In this document: positions 17,633 to 20,919 of the stretch, piece by piece
How positions within the stretch are numbered: the stretch's first letter is position 1
Layout: every line of letters begins with the position of its first letter
Assembly: GCA_019057635.1 (NCBI GenBank)
Contig: DXJL01000132.1
Coordinates: 1 to 20,919 of the forward strand
Reading direction: 5' to 3'
Length of the DNA stretch: 20,919 nucleotides
DNA from: Candidatus Heimdallarchaeota archaeon
GTDB lineage: Archaea > Asgardarchaeota > Heimdallarchaeia > Hodarchaeales > Hodarchaeaceae
Position numbers and translations under genes: made by a program
The notes under the pieces: generated by a model
What the model was told of the DNA's origin: nothing
Databases searched by the model: none
Seen by the model: the letters and a program-made list of their open reading frames with translations, nothing else

Positions 17633-20035
17633 TTGATATTCGAACAATCCAATTTGAGTGATGTAGAAAGAAATTTCCTTGATAATGGTCTAAGCTTAAT
17701 ATCTGATCAGGCTGATAAGAATGAACCCATATTAGAAAAAATAATTGCATATATTATCTCTTTGACCCTTCTTGCAGAAGCGAAATCTTCAGAATCCTCC
17801 ATTTTTGACCATATTCAAAAATTACCTTCAGTAATGTGCACAGTAGATCTCCTTGATCGAATTTTTGAATTTTCTGAGTCTACTAGGAGACGTGGTAACA
17901 TAACAAAAAAACTTGTGCGGTTTATTAAGGCAGAGAAAAATGTTAATGAGACAAAAATCGATAAAGAGAAACTCCTTCGTCTCCACAATCTGGTTCCTTT
18001 TAGTCATCATGACTGTTCATTTAATTTAAATCTCGGATCTCGCTTATTATCTCTGGTAGTTGAGAATTTTTCAGTCTCTTCTTGGATGAAGAAAAAGAGA
18101 GGGACATATTACACACTTCCCACTGATGCAGATTTAATTTCTCTGTTGTCTAGCTACAGATTTTTACAACAATTAACTCAAAAAATGACAGATGAAGATC
18201 TTTTAAGTTTATTAATATCAAAGACAACTGAAAAGTCGAATTTATTCATACTTTCAGGTTTCCCTTCTGAAATAACCATTCTTGATCCTACATGTGGTTC
18301 AGGAATCTTTTTAGTACATATTGCACAACTCTTGGGGGAATTAGGGATTAAAACTGGTAGAAGTTTGAAAATATCATTGTGGGGAATGGATCTTGATCCA
18401 GTCGCAATTATGGTAACTCAATTGCGATTATTTTTCCTAGAGTTTCTCTTTGACGCGAAACTTGGGTCACATTCAATTCAAATCACTACTTCTTTGTCAT
18501 GTGGAGATTTTTTAACTGAAAAATTTGATCAGAAATTTGACTTGATAGTGGGCAATCCCCCCTATGTACGACATGAAGACATTGGAATAAAAAATTCCCC
18601 AGATTATAAAAAATCTCTTCAGCGAAAGTTTTCAGACTTTTTGGAGCCCAACATCAGACTAGATCGTAAAAGCGATTATCTGATATATTTTTGCTTGAAA
18701 AGTATAAGTCTCTTGAGTTCTAAAGGAGTCTTAGCCTTTTTAACTTCAAATGCTTGGCTTGAAGTGAAGTATGGAAAAACCTTACAAGATCAATTAATAG
18801 CTTTATTGGCGGTAAATAAATTATCGACTTGTGAAATCATACATCAAGCAGGTTCAAGATTTTGGAAACAACTAGGAATAAATTCAGTCATCTTTTTAGC
18901 TTCGAAGAAGGTTAAGAAAGGTGTCTTAAGCAATAGCATATTTTTTACTGAGTCAGTAAAAACATTAAACAAAATTCCAGTAGCTTCTTTAAAGAATGGG
19001 GTCATATTTTGTAGGGAATATTCTTCTGAGAATTATCGAACTGAAGCTATTGCAATGGTAGAATTGAAATCTACACATAAGTGGGCAGGTACTTTTTTAA
19101 GAGCATCTAAAGAAGAACGAGGGGTTTTACAAAAAATTGAAGAACAAGAATCCCCTCTCTCAAGGCTAGCGAATGTACAATTTGGGATTAAGACAGGTGC
19201 AAATGATTTCTTTCATGTATCAGTGGAAAAAGTAAATGAGAAGAAAAGCTCAGTAGAAATAAAAAGTAGATCCAATTTTAGAGGGAGGATAGAGTCTGAA
19301 TTTCTTTTCCCTTTGGTTAAAAGTCCCGTTGAATGCAAAGGTTATGTAATTCCACCCAAATTTACCCCTAAAGTCTGGTTATTCAACTGTCAAAAGCCAC
19401 TGGACCAATTAAAGCGTACAGGTGCTCTAACGTATATACAATGGGGTGAGAGCAATCAAGTACCAATTAAACAAGGAAGAAGAATGGGTTCAACCGTAAA
19501 AGGGTTTCATTTATTGAGAAGTTTAAGTCAAAGAGATCCGTGGTATGCCTTACCTACCTTTTCGATTCCTGATCTGGTATGGATCAAAAGTTATCATGAT
19601 AAACCAGGGTGCTTATTAAATCGAGCAAAATCTTTACCAGATCAGCGGTTTTATGGTATTACTGTAAATGATTCTAAGGATATCCCAGTTATTTTTGCTT
19701 ATCTCAACAGTAGTTTTGTTTGGGCCCAGATGGAACAAGCTGGAAATACAAATATGGGTTTTGGAGTATTAGATACTAATGTATACTGGTTGAAGTCAGT
19801 GAGAATTCCAACGAACTTGACATTGAAACAAAACCAAGATTTAACATCTCTTTATAACGATTTAATAAATGAAACATCTAGAACATCGATCACCACGGTT
19901 TCTTATTTACGTGAGCAGATCGATAAGTTTTTTGCTATGTTATTAGGTATATCCGATGAAGAACTTAGCATCATATTCCAGTTTATCCAGAGAAGTGTGG
20001 ATAATCGTCTCAAAGGGAATACGAAAGATAATTAA
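17633..20035 (+). CDS. N6-adenine DNA methyltransferase, gamma class (Eco57I/TaqI-like) with C-terminal target-recognition domain
   Basis: GTYYT, motif I ILDPTCGSGIFL, GMDLD, motif IV FDLIVGNPPYVR, 'TSNAWL...YG', TRD-entry 'FGIKTGANDFF'; TTG start 2 nt after the AOR stop. Confidence 0.9.
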   Translation: MIFEQSNLSDVERNFLDNGLSLISDQADKNEPILEKIIAYIISLTLLAEAKSSESSIFDHIQKLPSVMCTVDLLDRIFEFSESTRRRGNITKKLVRFIKAEKNVNETKIDKEKLLRLHNLVPFSHHDCSFNLNLGSRLLSLVVENFSVSSWMKKKRGTYYTLPTDADLISLLSSYRFLQQLTQKMTDEDLLSLLISKTTEKSNLFILSGFPSEITILDPTCGSGIFLVHIAQLLGELGIKTGRSLKISLWGMDLDPVAIMVTQLRLFFLEFLFDAKLGSHSIQITTSLSCGDFLTEKFDQKFDLIVGNPPYVRHEDIGIKNSPDYKKSLQRKFSDFLEPNIRLDRKSDYLIYFCLKSISLLSSKGVLAFLTSNAWLEVKYGKTLQDQLIALLAVNKLSTCEIIHQAGSRFWKQLGINSVIFLASKKVKKGVLSNSIFFTESVKTLNKIPVASLKNGVIFCREYSSENYRTEAIAMVELKSTHKWAGTFLRASKEERGVLQKIEEQESPLSRLANVQFGIKTGANDFFHVSVEKVNEKKSSVEIKSRSNFRGRIESEFLFPLVKSPVECKGYVIPPKFTPKVWLFNCQKPLDQLKRTGALTYIQWGESNQVPIKQGRRMGSTVKGFHLLRSLSQRDPWYALPTFSIPDLVWIKSYHDKPGCLLNRAKSLPDQRFYGITVNDSKDIPVIFAYLNSSFVWAQMEQAGNTNMGFGVLDTNVYWLKSVRIPTNLTLKQNQDLTSLYNDLINETSRTSITTVSYLREQIDKFFAMLLGISDEELSIIFQFIQRSVDNRLKGNTKDN

Positions 20036-20082
20036 AGATTCATCTCAGGTTGTTTCATGCTAAGTAAGGGTGTACTCTACTC

Positions 20083-20751
20083 GTGACTGTCACTACATTA
20101 TCCTTTAGAGAAGTTATTGATCAGCTTGTTCGACAACAGTTCTTTATTGAACCAAATATCATCACTGATCGAACTTATTCACTGCAGTTTGAGGTGGAAG
20201 GGTCAGAACAAATATTGGACTATTTTGCTAATTTTCTGTTTGATCATAGTAAAGATCTTTTCGGTACCGATCCTTCTCAATATTTAGCAGTGTTGAATCG
20301 CACCGGTAAGAAATTATCAATAAATCCCCTGGACAAACTCAAAACACGGTTCAATGAAAAAATTGGCAGTTTCATTGAAGGGGGTCGAGGAACAGAAACA
20401 GAATCAGAAGCAGAGACAATTCTATTCATCGCAACAATCTCTTCAATTCTGGAAGTACTCGATTATTGTCATTATCAAACTTTACTCAAAGAGTTATCTT
20501 CTCTCTATTATCACCAATGCGTTAGTAATTCCACCACTCGAGAGTATGACGACCAAGCTAAGAATCTGGATGATGGGATAAAGCGCTTAAGCGAAGCGGC
20601 CGAGCCTAAACTCTCACTTATTCAAAATGTTATCAAATTAAAGAGCTTAGCGTCAATTTTTGATATCACAGACCTTATCTCCTATGACAAACGTCAACTT
20701 ATGGATATCCAATCGGATATTATCAAAAAAGTAATTTCCGGGAGTTATTGA
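20083..20751 (+). CDS. Hypothetical protein, predicted mostly helical
   Basis: 222-aa ORF with GTG start, co-oriented 47 nt after the methyltransferase; no family recognised. Confidence 0.7.
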   Translation: MTVTTLSFREVIDQLVRQQFFIEPNIITDRTYSLQFEVEGSEQILDYFANFLFDHSKDLFGTDPSQYLAVLNRTGKKLSINPLDKLKTRFNEKIGSFIEGGRGTETESEAETILFIATISSILEVLDYCHYQTLLKELSSLYYHQCVSNSTTREYDDQAKNLDDGIKRLSEAAEPKLSLIQNVIKLKSLASIFDITDLISYDKRQLMDIQSDIIKKVISGSY

Positions 20752-20910
20752 CCGTTCTGAAAGACTTACCCAAATAAGACAGCTAAGAACAATGATTCCC
20801 AACCATCTTTGGAGCTATTCTTCCTGATTCATAGACGCATGCCTGCTTATATGCAGGTCTTACCGCCTCTCCACAGGCGTTTAAGGTCTCCGCGGAACTC
20901 TCGGCGACCT
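20736..20910 (-). ncRNA. Predicted TnpB omegaRNA (reRNA): scaffold plus about 16-nt guide
   Basis: Nested stems on the minus strand: GGTC.CCG/CGG.GACC, CCTG/CAGG enclosing AGAGGCG/TGCGTCT and CCTGC-ATATAA-GCAGG, ATAGCT/AGCTGT enclosing GATGGTT-GGG-AATCATT. The scaffold ends at GAACGG; the flanking guide would be TCAATAACTCCCGGAA. Confidence 0.6.
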
Positions 20911-20919
20911 GATTGATTA
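20752..20919 (-). mobile_element. Right end of an IS607-family insertion sequence (continues beyond the window)
   Basis: Minus strand reads ...AAACGCCTGTGGAGAGGCGGTAAGACC...GTCTATGAATCAGGAA...TTTGGGTAAGTCTTTCAGAACGG. This matches from memory the conserved tnpB 3' region and the TAAGT...GAACGG terminus of IS607 elements; GC content rises locally. Confidence 0.75.
20783..20917 (-). CDS. tnpB: C-terminal tail of TnpB (RNA-guided endonuclease), partial
   Basis: Translates as INQVAESSAETLNACGEAVRPAYKQACVYESGRIAPKMVGNHCS*. The 'SS.ETLNACGE.VRP' tail is characteristic of IS607-type TnpB C-termini. The RuvC and zinc-finger regions lie outside the window. Confidence 0.65.
   Translation of the reverse strand: MNQVAESSAETLNACGEAVRPAYKQACVYESGRIAPKMVGNHCS

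Noticed and set aside
1010-20581. Numerous 60-116 aa ORFs nested in or antisense to the called genes (e.g. 1010-1228, 3325-3606, 6439-6789, 10037-10327, 16449-16721, 20354-20581)
   Set aside because: Shadow ORFs of well-supported genes, with no recognisable motifs.
1-20919. CRISPR arrays, tRNA or rRNA genes
   Set aside because: No regularly spaced repeats or cloverleaf/rRNA-like segments seen; intergenic gaps are short and AT-rich.

Overview
AT-rich archaeal chromosomal window, most consistent with an Asgard archaeon (stand-alone Roadblock/LC7 protein, NucS with a PIP-like tail, tungsten-type AOR; the taxon is an inference). In order it encodes: the 3' part of a SplB/Rv2578c-like radical SAM protein with a PolX-like helical C-terminal domain; an isocitrate/isopropylmalate-family dehydrogenase whose 5' end is split by a 1-nt frameshift; a MacB/LolCDE-type ABC transporter; a TPR-like hypothetical; an MFS transporter; a double zinc-ribbon protein; a small hypothetical; a Roadblock-NucS-M19 dipeptidase run; a probable catabolic cluster (MFS importer, 3-hydroxyacyl-CoA/gulonate-type dehydrogenase, extended SDR, HACL/ILVBL-like ThDP enzyme and a divergent aldehyde:ferredoxin oxidoreductase); an apparently nuclease-less gamma-class N6-adenine methyltransferase; and a hypothetical gene. 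The last ~170 bp are not covered by the ORF track. They look like the right end of an IS607-family element on the minus strand: a TnpB C-terminal tail, a structured omegaRNA scaffold and a GAACGG terminus lying flush against the stop codon of the last gene, so the predicted guide is antisense to that gene's 3' end.
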